A stretch of DNA of 64,000 bases, from IMG/VR virus record IMGVR_UViG_3300025697_000014, positions 1-64,000 of that record; one strand, given 5' to 3'. The notes beneath the pieces were generated by a model, which was given only the letters and a program-made list of their open reading frames with translations, was not told the DNA's origin and searched no databases. Position 1 is the stretch's first letter. Each line of letters begins with the position of its first letter. Shown piece after piece: positions 10,215 to 21,400 of this stretch. This DNA is from a virus. Both the position numbers and the translations under genes were made by a program.

Positions 10215-10367
10215 TTACTGCAACAGATGTTCTACTAGGGCCATGACTGCCCCGATGACAGAATAGCCCAGTAGAGATGTACCAACATACACGAATAGAG
10301 CGGCTAACTCCTTCTGGCTCAGTTCCTCTATCCATTCCTCCATAGTAACTTCATCGTACCACTTCAT
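10215..10367 (-). CDS. small membrane protein (one TM segment)
   Basis: RBS GGGAGG; hydrophobic stretch LAALFVYVGTSLLGYSVIGAVMALV. Confidence 0.45.
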   Translation of the reverse strand: MKWYDEVTMEEWIEELSQKELAALFVYVGTSLLGYSVIGAVMALVEHLLQ

Positions 10368-10468
10368 ATCACAGCCTCCCTTATGCGATTGACCTGTAAG
10401 CAATTATTGAAACTGTGCCATCTGACCATTTGGCACATAATGCATCATTGAATGTAGTAGTAGTACTT

Positions 10469-13400
10469 TCATACCAATCCGTTCTGTGCAGCTATTGTGT
10501 ACCAACTACCATCAATTTCTACAGCAATCTTTCTATCAGGCGTGATTGTTCCTGTGTTAACCCCACCAAGATCCCAGTCGTGATCCGCCGCAGTTCTTAC
10601 TGTTGAGGCAAAGTCTCCAACTCCATCACTGTCAACCGTAAAGGCTACGGCTGTGGCAGAGTCTAGGATTTCGAATGACTTAGCACCAGCCGCATCACCG
10701 AGAATGTGTTGTGCTTCACCTCCGGTTAGCGTGAACACATTGCGCGTCCCATCCGCGATAATGAAGGTAGTACACCCTTCGGCGTTGATTGTGCCATCTG
10801 AGGCTATATTTAGCCTTATGTCTGCGCCAGCATCAATAGCCGAAAGAATAAGAATTGACTCTGCTCCAACGTCACATTCCTTCGATATGACCCACAGATA
10901 GGACTTGTTTGCAAACCCAACGTCACTATAGATAGATGCGCAGATTTCTCCGTCGTAGTCTGTTTCATACCATCTAATTCTGTTAACTGTGTCTGGACCT
11001 TCGAGTAATGCTAAGCCACCTTCGCTTAATCTAACTTTCCCGGCACCAGCATAAGCCATTCCATCACTGGATTGTAGATAGAACTGCTTAGTTCCTGCGC
11101 TATCATATCCAGCAATTTCATCAGACGTAATGTCGATTCTCTGACCAGTGTATGAAGAAGCTATCCTGAACTTGCCATCCATGATATAAATACCGGGGGT
11201 ATCAGATGCTCCCATATCCGTCATAGGAACACCGGATTGATAGATAGCTGCGGCCTCAGCAGTAGAGAGCACAGAACTAAACGTAGCGAACTCGCCAATC
11301 GCCCCGCCTAAGCGTTTCGTAACATGTCCTAGATACCCAGTCACATTTGCGATAGTTGGAGCGGTATAGCTGGTATCCGTATCCTCCAGCACCCCATCAA
11401 GGTATAGTTTCACCTCTCCGGCGCCAGCATCAGTGATCGTGACAAGTGCTTGATGCCAGTCTCCGGCTTTGCTACCAGTTAAGGATGCGGACAGAGAGAG
11501 TTGTGATGCGCTGCCAGCGTAACATGTGACACCAACAGTTGATAGATCGCTGCCCATACCAATATAAAACGACTCTGTATTCCATGCGTCGTAATGTCGG
11601 TATAATCCTCGCGTTGCGGAGAGATTTGCTGTTCCGGCGTCGTGAGGCATCTGGAACCATATTGCTATACTTCCTAAGCTGTAGTCAATGACTTCGTTTC
11701 CGTGTATAGTAACGTCATTGACACTTCGTGTGCTGGTACTAGCATCTGCCGTACCGCTCCAAGCGCACCAGGCAAACGACCCTACACAGAGAGTCGTAGG
11801 ATAGGCTTTCTGCTCCAACTGAATCGCGTCTATCTCAAAGTATTCTCCATTTGTAGGCGATCCACTACAAAAGAACAGCATTCGAAGAGTCGTTTGTGTA
11901 GGTGTGCCAATTACTGTAATCTCTTTCCAACCAGTCCCCGCCGCTATCGCGTTCGAGGTATTTAAGAGAGCACCGAAGCCAGCTCCGTCATACATACGAA
12001 CGTACACATCGCTTCCGTCCCAGGCAGAATCCACCTTTATCCTAGCTTGGAAGGTGTAAGGTACAGCAGCCGTTACGGTAAAGTCTTCAAGAGCGCCCGC
12101 ATTAGCATCACCACCACCAGCCGTTACACGAAGACAATCGTCGCCCACGAATCCACCAGATGTCTGATGGGCTACCGTATCACCCCAAGAACTATTCCAT
12201 CCACCAGTATTCGCTGCTCCGAAGATGGGATTGTCTTCTAGGTTAGTTGTAGCCTCCTCCACCATCAATGCCTGTGTTCCAGGCCATCTGCCATTAACAG
12301 TATGGAATGCACCAGTAATTGTAGCCTCTTGTCCCCGAAGGGATTCCCATATTGTATCAGACAGAGGACAACTAGGACCAAGTAATAGCAAGCCATCAGC
12401 GTTGGTGAAGTACTGCTGACCGAACTCAGAGGAGATAGCTAGGTTAGATAACCAGGCACCATCACCGTCTACACGGAAGCGTACATCATCATCGCCATCA
12501 TAGATGCCTAGAGCAGCTCCGTCCCACTGCATACGGATTCCTGCTGGATCACCAACGCGCCACTTGTAGCTGCCTCCATGCAGGCCTGCCCATACACCAG
12601 TGACGGTATCGAAGTCTGTGGGTACGGTAGCTCCAAGAGCATAGCTTGGTACAGTAGGATCAATCTTGAAAACTGTATTTGCTCCGTCGTGTATCGATAA
12701 GGCAACATTGTGGATCTCAACGTTTACATCGCTGATGAGTACGTAGCTATCAGCTACCGCAACGCCATCGCCAGCGTATAGACCGTACTCTGTTACGGCA
12801 GTGACACCAGTAAGGTTACCCAGTCGTGCTCGAACACTCTCTCCTGTAGCAGGATGCGTTTCCCATGTAACAATCTGTGAATATGGGCTATTGACTCCAT
12901 ACAGACCATCAATAGCATTGACCTCGTAATAGCCATTGCCTGTGGTGCCATAGTCTAGCACTAGTGCATCCGCGCTTACGGTAGCAGCACCAGCCATTGC
13001 TCCAGCATTAGGTGCTGCGGAGCGTGTGAAGGTCCACGATTGCTCGTTGTCTGCTAGGTTACTGTAGGATGTAACAACACCCCAGCACTCTGTAATAGAT
13101 AGGGTACCTGCTGCACGGCTGAATGAGCGCAGACAGACGATGTCACCAGTCTCGAACACGGCCATATTCTCAGCAGACGGTAGGTCCCACACGTACAATG
13201 TAGTAGTTGCTTCTGCTGCAGGAGCTGTGAAGTCGCGGCTCAGTATTGCCACGCTCTTAGATATGATCTGACCGCCAGCTAGTGCCTGCTCCAGATCTGC
13301 AATGAACACTTTGGCGTGCAGCTCGTCCGTGAACACATAGCGGAAATCAGCAGACCCTGCGTAGCTGACACCCCACCCGGTTGTCTGACTAGCATAGTTA

Positions 13401-14365
13401 TCTGACTGTATCTGCGCAGAAGCCATAAGACGTACCTGCGCACCTGTGGGAGATAGTGACAGATCGCCAGCTGGAGCAAGAGTCATATCATCTGCGGTTG
13501 TAGTAATTGACTGCGCACCCACAAAGACAATATCACCGTCTACACGAATTTCTTGTCCTGTCGGAGCAGTACCAATGCCTATACCTTCTAGTTCTAGTCG
13601 CCCACTTACATCCGAGGCCAGTACAGAAGCTGCTGCTCCTGGGTTGCTGGACGTTGTAATTGCATGCGAATGTGTAGAGCGGGCAAAGTTGCTACCGGCA
13701 CCCTCAGCATTAGTACTTGAGACACTCAGGTTAACTGCCGGAGCTGCCGCCGCAATCGCATGTTGGTGATCACTGCGTGCTGGGTTCTCGGAAGCTCCAG
13801 CGTCAGCAGCATCGTCCGGCCCAATGGTACCAATGACGGGTGTACCCCAAGTCAATGCTATGTCGTCCGCATTGGCAGTAATTCCGCTACCTCCAACAAC
13901 ATTGAACGTACGACTGGCAGCAATGGTACCACCACCAGTTAGTCCAGCTCCTGCGGTAAGAGTAACTGCAGAGTGATCAATATGCTCGTTTGCCACAAAG
14001 TTAGTCAGGCTATCATGGTCAACAGTGTCAGATCCCCCAACCTCGTGCGCTGATGCATGTGCCTTGGGATCATGTAACTCGGCACCCGAAAGGCCCGCGT
14101 GCCAGGAAATCTCGTCTGTGTGATAGCTCATTGCGTGAGGTGCAAGAGTACCACCACTACCGCTGCCTTCGTTACGGTACGAGGTAGTTGCACCACCTAT
14201 GAGAGCTACTGGTCTCTCGTCAATGTACTCTAGTAGTACCTCTCTGCCAATCTCTAGTGTGGACCAATCACCAATTACAGGAACGCGCTTGATAACCGAG
14301 CTTCCATCACAGGTAACGGAACACCATCTTCCTGACACAGAGACAATGGTTGCTTTCCTAATCAT
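10469..14365 (-). CDS. tail fibre / receptor-binding protein with carbohydrate-binding and LamG-like domains
   Basis: Gly/Ala/Thr-rich fibre segments (ARSDHQH), EEATTNL..NP CBM-like domain, W.QAL...KLYLDG LamG-like domain; position after the tail-tip gene. Confidence 0.7.
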   Translation of the reverse strand: MIRKATIVSVSGRWCSVTCDGSSVIKRVPVIGDWSTLEIGREVLLEYIDERPVALIGGATTSYRNEGSGSGGTLAPHAMSYHTDEISWHAGLSGAELHDPKAHASAHEVGGSDTVDHDSLTNFVANEHIDHSAVTLTAGAGLTGGGTIAASRTFNVVGGSGITANADDIALTWGTPVIGTIGPDDAADAGASENPARSDHQHAIAAAAPAVNLSVSSTNAEGAGSNFARSTHSHAITTSSNPGAAASVLASDVSGRLELEGIGIGTAPTGQEIRVDGDIVFVGAQSITTTADDMTLAPAGDLSLSPTGAQVRLMASAQIQSDNYASQTTGWGVSYAGSADFRYVFTDELHAKVFIADLEQALAGGQIISKSVAILSRDFTAPAAEATTTLYVWDLPSAENMAVFETGDIVCLRSFSRAAGTLSITECWGVVTSYSNLADNEQSWTFTRSAAPNAGAMAGAATVSADALVLDYGTTGNGYYEVNAIDGLYGVNSPYSQIVTWETHPATGESVRARLGNLTGVTAVTEYGLYAGDGVAVADSYVLISDVNVEIHNVALSIHDGANTVFKIDPTVPSYALGATVPTDFDTVTGVWAGLHGGSYKWRVGDPAGIRMQWDGAALGIYDGDDDVRFRVDGDGAWLSNLAISSEFGQQYFTNADGLLLLGPSCPLSDTIWESLRGQEATITGAFHTVNGRWPGTQALMVEEATTNLEDNPIFGAANTGGWNSSWGDTVAHQTSGGFVGDDCLRVTAGGGDANAGALEDFTVTAAVPYTFQARIKVDSAWDGSDVYVRMYDGAGFGALLNTSNAIAAGTGWKEITVIGTPTQTTLRMLFFCSGSPTNGEYFEIDAIQLEQKAYPTTLCVGSFAWCAWSGTADASTSTRSVNDVTIHGNEVIDYSLGSIAIWFQMPHDAGTANLSATRGLYRHYDAWNTESFYIGMGSDLSTVGVTCYAGSASQLSLSASLTGSKAGDWHQALVTITDAGAGEVKLYLDGVLEDTDTSYTAPTIANVTGYLGHVTKRLGGAIGEFATFSSVLSTAEAAAIYQSGVPMTDMGASDTPGIYIMDGKFRIASSYTGQRIDITSDEIAGYDSAGTKQFYLQSSDGMAYAGAGKVRLSEGGLALLEGPDTVNRIRWYETDYDGEICASIYSDVGFANKSYLWVISKECDVGAESILILSAIDAGADIRLNIASDGTINAEGCTTFIIADGTRNVFTLTGGEAQHILGDAAGAKSFEILDSATAVAFTVDSDGVGDFASTVRTAADHDWDLGGVNTGTITPDRKIAVEIDGSWYTIAAQNGLV

Positions 14366-17300
14366 AGAGCTTCCTCAATGACGCAGTTGCTTCTAGTGTT
14401 GCCCCCGAGAATGTGGTGCTGATACCATCAACTACATACTCCTCGTCAATCAGTTCCTCGTCAATGGTGGTAAGTGTAATAGTCAACTTGTCCTCCACTT
14501 CATATTCTAGCTGAGACCCAAGGACTGGCCTGTTGCTTTCGGAGTAGCTTAGGGCATCTAGCACAATGCGTTGTGCCTCAGTGTAGGCTGCTTCTTCATC
14601 TAGGCTTTCTGCGCGTGCGGTATGAAATAGTATACCGAACTGGGCGGCACGAGTATGGTCTATGTACTCACCAATCTCTGCGCCTACGGTACGAATGTGT
14701 GTTGGAATACGATCTGTTGAGTCATCTGAGTCACCAAAGATCACATCTGGTATTGTACCAAGATCGTCCCTGTCTGTAAAGGACGAGATATGAAGTCCAC
14801 CAGTAGTGGTCGGTAGTAGTTTAATGCGTGCATCGCGAATAGCTCTGTTCATCACACCAGAGGCTTGCATACCCTGATCGGCAATGATACCATCCGCAAT
14901 GCTATAGAGTTCCTTCTGCTTCACAGTAAGGTCCTCTGCATAGTTGATACCGAAGTATCCCAGGTCTTCTGTAGTAGAAGAGTAGTTGTCTGCAGTAAGC
15001 CCGAACATGCTGTAGTATGCACACGATGCCAAGAGCTTCTCCTCTAGCCACAAGGAGACATAGCGTCCTGTCTTAGTTACTGTCAGCTTCTGGCCACCCG
15101 TTGTATTGATCTCGATCTCAAAGAGCTTAGTCCAGGATGCTGTATCACCAGTGTGGTAGAAGCCTATGGTTGTGGTGGCACCGAATGTAATTGCAACCTT
15201 TAGACCGCTGTTTGATGCGTCAGTGACCTTTGTCGACATACCGAGATATAGATCCATCGTACCTGTGAAGTCTGTACCATCTTCTATTTGTAGGAAGAAT
15301 GAGTGTAGTTGGTCATCCAACCAGTCACCTCCACCTACTAGCGTATCGTCAATAGACCAAGCAGTATCACTAGGATCACTAGCTGTAGGACCAGCAAAAT
15401 CTAGAATGCCAGCCTTGCTAGCAATGTCCTTCAACAGCCAATCAATCGACTTATCAGCTTCCATATCAAACGAGGTGAAAGAAGCAAGGTTAATGCTCAT
15501 ATCCTCGTATCCAGCAGGGTATACCGTAACGCCATCTGCATGAGCGTCCATGGACGACGAGCGAGACACTTGCCATGCCGGTCCAATAACAATGTTGTCT
15601 CCTACTGCTGGGACGGTGAGATCTTCCCCAACAAGGACCTCAAACCAGATATTAACGTCATCCTCTGTAGCGTTGGTCCATGCAATACCTATGTCTCCAG
15701 CACGCTCGCCTGTCACAAAATGTATGGCCGATTTTTCTAGGAAAGACTGCCAGTAAGTCCAGGCTCCAGCAGGAGGGAAGCAGGTTTTGTCGACTGTGAT
15801 CTTCAGTCGTGTGCCTCCAGTAACCTCGGCAGCTACAATCGTCCATAGGCCAGTACAGAACGATCCAACGTCTGACACATTAGTAATCGTTACGTATTCA
15901 TCGTCTACCTCAATATTCTCCTGATCGTAAAAGTTGGCCCATAAGTAGTCAGATGATTCGGCGTAGCTAGAGTCTCCAGCTATAGAGTCTCCATCGTTGA
16001 ACTCTGCAAGATGACGCGCAAAGTATATCCACGCAGAGTACTTCTGTGAGTCACGGGTTATGACACTCATATTGGGAATGGACGATGCTGCGATTACCCC
16101 GGTGCGGTTCTCGTCATTCCTAACAACAGTTCCTGTATAGTCAAGAGAAGCTTGGATACCAGCTGACCCGCTGGAAAAGCGATCTACACCATAGACAACA
16201 TGTGTACCAACTACACTCATCCATACCTGGTTGTAGTCACCATCAACGAAGATGCTAGATATATCGTTCGTAGCTACCTCGGTCCAGATCTCATCGCTAG
16301 ACTCACTACCAGCTACGGATATAAGGATGAGCTGCTCGGTTACAACATCCAAGAACGCAGTCATGAAGTTGTACTGGTCCTTGATCATTGCTGGGCCAGC
16401 ACCACATCCCATACGTTTGTCAGATAAGGAGTATCCAAGACCAACCATAGCTAGTCCATCGTACGCACCCACTGCAGCAGGGCTAGTGAAGCATACGCTA
16501 ACCTGTGCGTCATCTGCAGAGAACGGTTCTTCAGATATAAGTGCCGTGCGACGATTGGCAGTAACTACCTTGACCACACTATCTTCGATAGCGACATCGC
16601 TGGTCTGGACAGAGGTAAGCTCACCCTCGCCTTCAACTCTGATGTAACCCCCGCCTATAGCATAGAGTCCATTGACGTTGTCGCAGTCATCGTAGTTCTT
16701 GGTCTGTGATAGCCATTGCCAGTCCTGGTCAAAGATACCATCCTTCAGGTTGCGATAGGCCCACTCACGACAACCAAGAGATAGCGATCTGCCCGGGACA
16801 GCTATGCCCTTAGATACGCTATCAATACCAAATCTGTTTAGCAGTACTTCGTTGTCGCCTGCGGTATCTCTGTAGCCCGCATAGAGGTCTAGTATATAAC
16901 CAGGCTCAATCACCGAAGCACCTGACGATGATGTGAACATGCGCAGCTGGTCAGCCAGGGAGATATTGAGTGAGCCAGCCATGCCATGATTGGCATCTTC
17001 TTTGCGCCACCCGTTGATCTCATCTTCTACTAAGAAGTGTATGTGGTCAGCCGTTATATCCCCATCATCTAGTCCGAACACTGGTGTGAGCGGGGCTTCG
17101 TATACTGTTCCGTCCTTGATCCAGTATGCATACCCGCTGTCCATGAGTAGTGGGCTACGCATGGGTGTTGCACCCAGGTAACGATAACGGTCAAGTGTCC
17201 AATGTATACCGTCCTTGCTCCTGAGTACTACAGACATGGATTGTGCGTGCAGTCCGGTAGAACCCTTACGTCCTAGTTCACCAGTAGCATAGATAACACC

Positions 17301-18032
17301 GTCTGTGACAGTGAGCCATCCGATTCGGAGGTAGCTGTAGTTATCTACAATGTCGATGGGAATCATTGGTGCGGGAGTTCCCCATACACCGTTTCTGCGC
17401 AGTAAGACTCGCGGGCACCCATATGTCTCAACGTTGAAGACCACAACATCGGTATCGTCAGAGAGACGAACTGCATCGAACCACGTAAGGGACTCCGTAT
17501 TGTATTCATCGTCAACTGGTATGCTATGAACCATAGATGCCACAGCAGCAGCGGTGTAATAGTATATCTTGATCTCGTTTGAGTCTAGGGAGATTGCGTA
17601 TACATTGTCAGCTGCTACAGCAGCTACAGCATAGATAGTACTCTCAATAGCACGTAGAGAAACATTGTCCTTGAGAAGCTGACTATTGCTTGGAACGTAG
17701 ATTACCCCAGCAAAGATAGACGGTCTCGCAAGAGCGTTAACGGCATATGACCCATTGGTTGTGGGGTCCCAGTCAGTGAAGTCTGTGGTTCTTACCCAGT
17801 ACAGAGTATCGCTGCTTACCCAGCATGTCTTGCCAACATCAGAGTAGATCTCTGAATCCATCGGTGCTTGTGAAACACTATCTGTGCCAAGCACATCTGG
17901 ATACCCAGTATTCTCAAACGCAGCGTTAATCTGAGTCCAACGTAGCATGGTATCGTAGATCTCAGCCCTGCTAATTGGAAAGCGACTGTTGCGCTGTTGC
18001 GCTGTAGTAAGATTCGCAGAAATAGTTCTCAC
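14358..18032 (-). CDS. tail tip / baseplate hub-like minor tail protein
   Basis: 1224 aa, beta-rich and acidic; second gene after the tape measure. Confidence 0.6.
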   Translation of the reverse strand: MRTISANLTTAQQRNSRFPISRAEIYDTMLRWTQINAAFENTGYPDVLGTDSVSQAPMDSEIYSDVGKTCWVSSDTLYWVRTTDFTDWDPTTNGSYAVNALARPSIFAGVIYVPSNSQLLKDNVSLRAIESTIYAVAAVAADNVYAISLDSNEIKIYYYTAAAVASMVHSIPVDDEYNTESLTWFDAVRLSDDTDVVVFNVETYGCPRVLLRRNGVWGTPAPMIPIDIVDNYSYLRIGWLTVTDGVIYATGELGRKGSTGLHAQSMSVVLRSKDGIHWTLDRYRYLGATPMRSPLLMDSGYAYWIKDGTVYEAPLTPVFGLDDGDITADHIHFLVEDEINGWRKEDANHGMAGSLNISLADQLRMFTSSSGASVIEPGYILDLYAGYRDTAGDNEVLLNRFGIDSVSKGIAVPGRSLSLGCREWAYRNLKDGIFDQDWQWLSQTKNYDDCDNVNGLYAIGGGYIRVEGEGELTSVQTSDVAIEDSVVKVVTANRRTALISEEPFSADDAQVSVCFTSPAAVGAYDGLAMVGLGYSLSDKRMGCGAGPAMIKDQYNFMTAFLDVVTEQLILISVAGSESSDEIWTEVATNDISSIFVDGDYNQVWMSVVGTHVVYGVDRFSSGSAGIQASLDYTGTVVRNDENRTGVIAASSIPNMSVITRDSQKYSAWIYFARHLAEFNDGDSIAGDSSYAESSDYLWANFYDQENIEVDDEYVTITNVSDVGSFCTGLWTIVAAEVTGGTRLKITVDKTCFPPAGAWTYWQSFLEKSAIHFVTGERAGDIGIAWTNATEDDVNIWFEVLVGEDLTVPAVGDNIVIGPAWQVSRSSSMDAHADGVTVYPAGYEDMSINLASFTSFDMEADKSIDWLLKDIASKAGILDFAGPTASDPSDTAWSIDDTLVGGGDWLDDQLHSFFLQIEDGTDFTGTMDLYLGMSTKVTDASNSGLKVAITFGATTTIGFYHTGDTASWTKLFEIEINTTGGQKLTVTKTGRYVSLWLEEKLLASCAYYSMFGLTADNYSSTTEDLGYFGINYAEDLTVKQKELYSIADGIIADQGMQASGVMNRAIRDARIKLLPTTTGGLHISSFTDRDDLGTIPDVIFGDSDDSTDRIPTHIRTVGAEIGEYIDHTRAAQFGILFHTARAESLDEEAAYTEAQRIVLDALSYSESNRPVLGSQLEYEVEDKLTITLTTIDEELIDEEYVVDGISTTFSGATLEATASLRKLYD

Positions 18033-18476
18033 CTATGTTGCCTCCTTGAGTGAGACTTGCACCAAGAAGTAGGCATTCGCACCGGAGATTTCTGGTGTCA
18101 TAGACTTACTCATCATATTGCCGGTGAAGACAATCCAGTACTCCTCACCGTCCAGATCACGGAAACGATACTTGTTGTCAGGTGGTGTGGACTCATTAAA
18201 GAGCGCCGTGAGATCGTCAATATCTCCCCAGTACGCAGTTGTCTCCGTCATGATTGTGTCAGCAGATACAGAAAAGCTACCAGTGATCGATCCGTATAGC
18301 TTGATAGTGTAATGCCAGGACATTGCCGATACACCGATTTGAACATCGAGAGAACCAGATGTAGTATATTGTTCGCGTTGTAGACGTGAGCGTACAGGGC
18401 GATAGCCCTCAAGGATCACCTTGAAGGCATATGCCTTAGACTCATCGTACTCCTGAATGATCAGGTAGTTTGACAT
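18033..18476 (-). CDS. distal tail (Dit-like) protein
   Basis: 147 aa directly downstream of the tape measure. Confidence 0.5.
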   Translation of the reverse strand: MSNYLIIQEYDESKAYAFKVILEGYRPVRSRLQREQYTTSGSLDVQIGVSAMSWHYTIKLYGSITGSFSVSADTIMTETTAYWGDIDDLTALFNESTPPDNKYRFRDLDGEEYWIVFTGNMMSKSMTPEISGANAYFLVQVSLKEAT

Positions 18477-21400
18477 TAGTTCTTACTCCCTAGTTTGGGG
18501 TATCCCCCGACATTACCTACCGCACCCTCAAGGCCACTGATGATGTTCATAAAGGCATCGAACACTCCAGCCTGTTGCGCTTGCTGCATACGAGAGGCCA
18601 TTGTGCTAGCTGCATTGAATGCATCCGAACTCTCTCTTATTGTAACACCCATTTCCATTTCCGTCTTTAGCGTGTTGATACGAGCCAGATCGTTCTCTTC
18701 GTTGAGTGCCCTGGTCTCTGTGGCGATGTCCTTGTTGGCCTGGAACGCCTTCTGTTCCTCGTCAAACTGTGCCATCTTGAGATCGAAGCTCTCTGTAAAG
18801 TGCTCTAGCGATAGGTTGTACGAACTCTCTTGTAGCTCATAGACACTTTCTTCCTGTCCAACCCGGGCATCAAGACGCTCTGTGTTACGGGTATGATCTT
18901 CTTCCATCCACTCGCGTTGCTGTTCCAGACGCTCAAGTTGAGTCTCGAAGTTATCATCCCTGATTCCCTGCTCTTCCTCAAGACGTTCGCGCCTCTTATC
19001 AAACGCCTCGTCTTCCATAGCCCACGTTTCTTCTGCGCGGGACTCCGCTGTATCCATACGACCAGACTCAATGTTCTGTGATACGGTTGCTCTTTCGCGT
19101 GAGCGCAACAACTGCTTACGCTGACGGCCAGTTGAGAAGCGTATGTTCTCTGAGAAGTCTTCCATTTGCCAGCCGAACTGCAATTGATTCTGGCTACGTG
19201 AGAAAGCGAAGTCTTCTGTCTGCCACCCACGCTGCATCTGTGTCTGGCGTCCCTGGAAACCTAGCTGCCATTGTGAGTAGTCATCAGAACTTTGGGCCTG
19301 TGCCATGTTACGTTCGATGTCTTGTTCTCTCCAATCGAACCCAGTTCCAGAACGGGCGTAGTTAGTACCGAGGTCCTGTCTAGCCCAGTCTGTTTGTTGT
19401 ACCTGCCAGCTACGACCAAGGGCCATCTGCTGACCACTTACTTGACGCTGTTCCATGAACTGGCTTTGCTGCATAGCAAAACCCTGCTCCTGGAATCCAA
19501 AGGAGCCTGTGTATCCCATACCGCCCTCAGTCTGTGCGTATCCAAGAGCTTCTTTGCGTAGTCCTAACTGACGCTGTTGCTGATATGCTCCACCAACCTC
19601 ATCGATACTACCGAGCTGTCCTGGTCTCCATCTACCAGATGCAATTTGTCCACCAGTAGGAGATGCGCCCAAGATAGATCCGTACTGCCTACGGAACTCA
19701 GATCGTTCCGCACGAGACTGGATACTAGCTACGCCCTTGTTCATACGTGTGCTAAGATCTTGTAAGCCCCACAATGATTCTCCATCCCACTCGTTCATGA
19801 TACTGGAGCCACTTGTGGTAAACCCTCCTGACCAGTCACCTGTCTGAAGAGACGATGCTGAAAATCCTGGCATTGATGCGGTTCTATTCCAGAACTCCTG
19901 CCCTTGACCAAGCGCGAGATTGCTAAGTTCACCAGACGTACCAACTTGTAGTCCTAGAGCATCCTGGGACTGTAGTGCATAGTTACCTGCCAGGTTTATA
20001 CCCATCGGTAGCTGTGTGGCCTTGCCCATTACAGCCTTGCTGAGGAATCTTTGGTCTCTACCAAGGAACTTGGACCAGTCGTTAGCGGCTTGTCCAGTAA
20101 GCGGCCCGCTTATCTGAGCTAGCTGAGCAACGTTCTCACCAGAGAAGCCCATCTGTGCAAGTGGTGCAAACTGCTGCATCGCAAACTCTGTTTGCATAGC
20201 CTGGTTAGCAGTAGGCATGTTAGCGTAGAACTGCGTGAGATCTGCGGCTCCTTGAGGACCAAGGTTGAGTGCAGATGCCATGTCCATTTGCTTGCTGTAA
20301 TTGCCACCCCTTGCTAGAAGATTCCTCACCTCGTCAGTTGACTTGAGAAGATCTCTAGAACTAGTAGGATCACCACCGTATTGTATCACTTGCCCAAGAG
20401 CACCCTTTACAGCATCAACGCCATATGACGCAAGTGTTTCATCTCCTGCCATCATGTCTTCGGCAGCTCTATTGATACCAAGTGCTCTCTCTGCCATAGT
20501 TTGACCAGAGAAGTTGCTGGTAAAAAGATCCTCGCCTTTCTGTGCCATCTGGTCTCCAACCGACAAACCAGCATAGACGTTTGGGGCCTCGCCTCGTAAG
20601 AAAGCACCACCACCACGGAATAGCTCTTTGCCAGCAGCCCAGGCTCTATCGATTAGACTACCTGCTCTTTCAATCAAATTGCCGCTTGTTGATCGTTGTG
20701 TAACAGTTGATCTGTCCTTAGCTGCTTGATAGTATTGTGTAGATGTTTGCTCTGCAAGGTTGTAGCCATATGATGTAGCACCTATACCTATACCAAGAGC
20801 GCCAACGCTAGCACCTATAATTCCAGCCGAGGCTCCTAGTACTGGGCCAAGAGCTCCCATTCCAAGACCAACAGCTGTTGCAGCACCGGCTCCTAAAGCT
20901 GGACCAAACACACCCCTTGCCTGAGCTAGCCCTGAAGGCCCTGCACCCTGTGACCAACCCCATGCTTCTTGAGCTGCTTGTCCACTTGCCAGTACGTTTA
21001 GCTGACGTTGTGATTGAGCAGCAAGAATATCGCCACCTCCACCGCCAACACCACCAGAATCAACCGGCCCAGCCATTCCGGCCATTCTGAAGTCACGGAA
21101 TGCAGATTGTCCATAGGCTGGTATACCCTCTTTGAAGGCAGGACCTACTGCTGTGCGCCATGCAGCCTTAACCATCGCACCTTGTGGGCTGAACGGTGAG
21201 AAGAGCCGTTTGATACCGGTTGCTGCGCCAAGCCACCACTGATCACCATCGGCAGCTGCTCCGTCTCCACCACCTCCGCCTCCCCCTCCTCCCATCATGC
21301 CCATCGACATCTGGAAGTCTTTGCTTCCAACAAAGCCGCTCAACCCAGCTACGCCACCTATACCAAATGCTTCCTTTGATAGACGAGTGATGTCACCCAT

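Noticed and set aside
10469-14365. Diversity-generating retroelement target in the fibre gene
   Set aside because: No reverse transcriptase and no template/variable repeat pair seen in the window.
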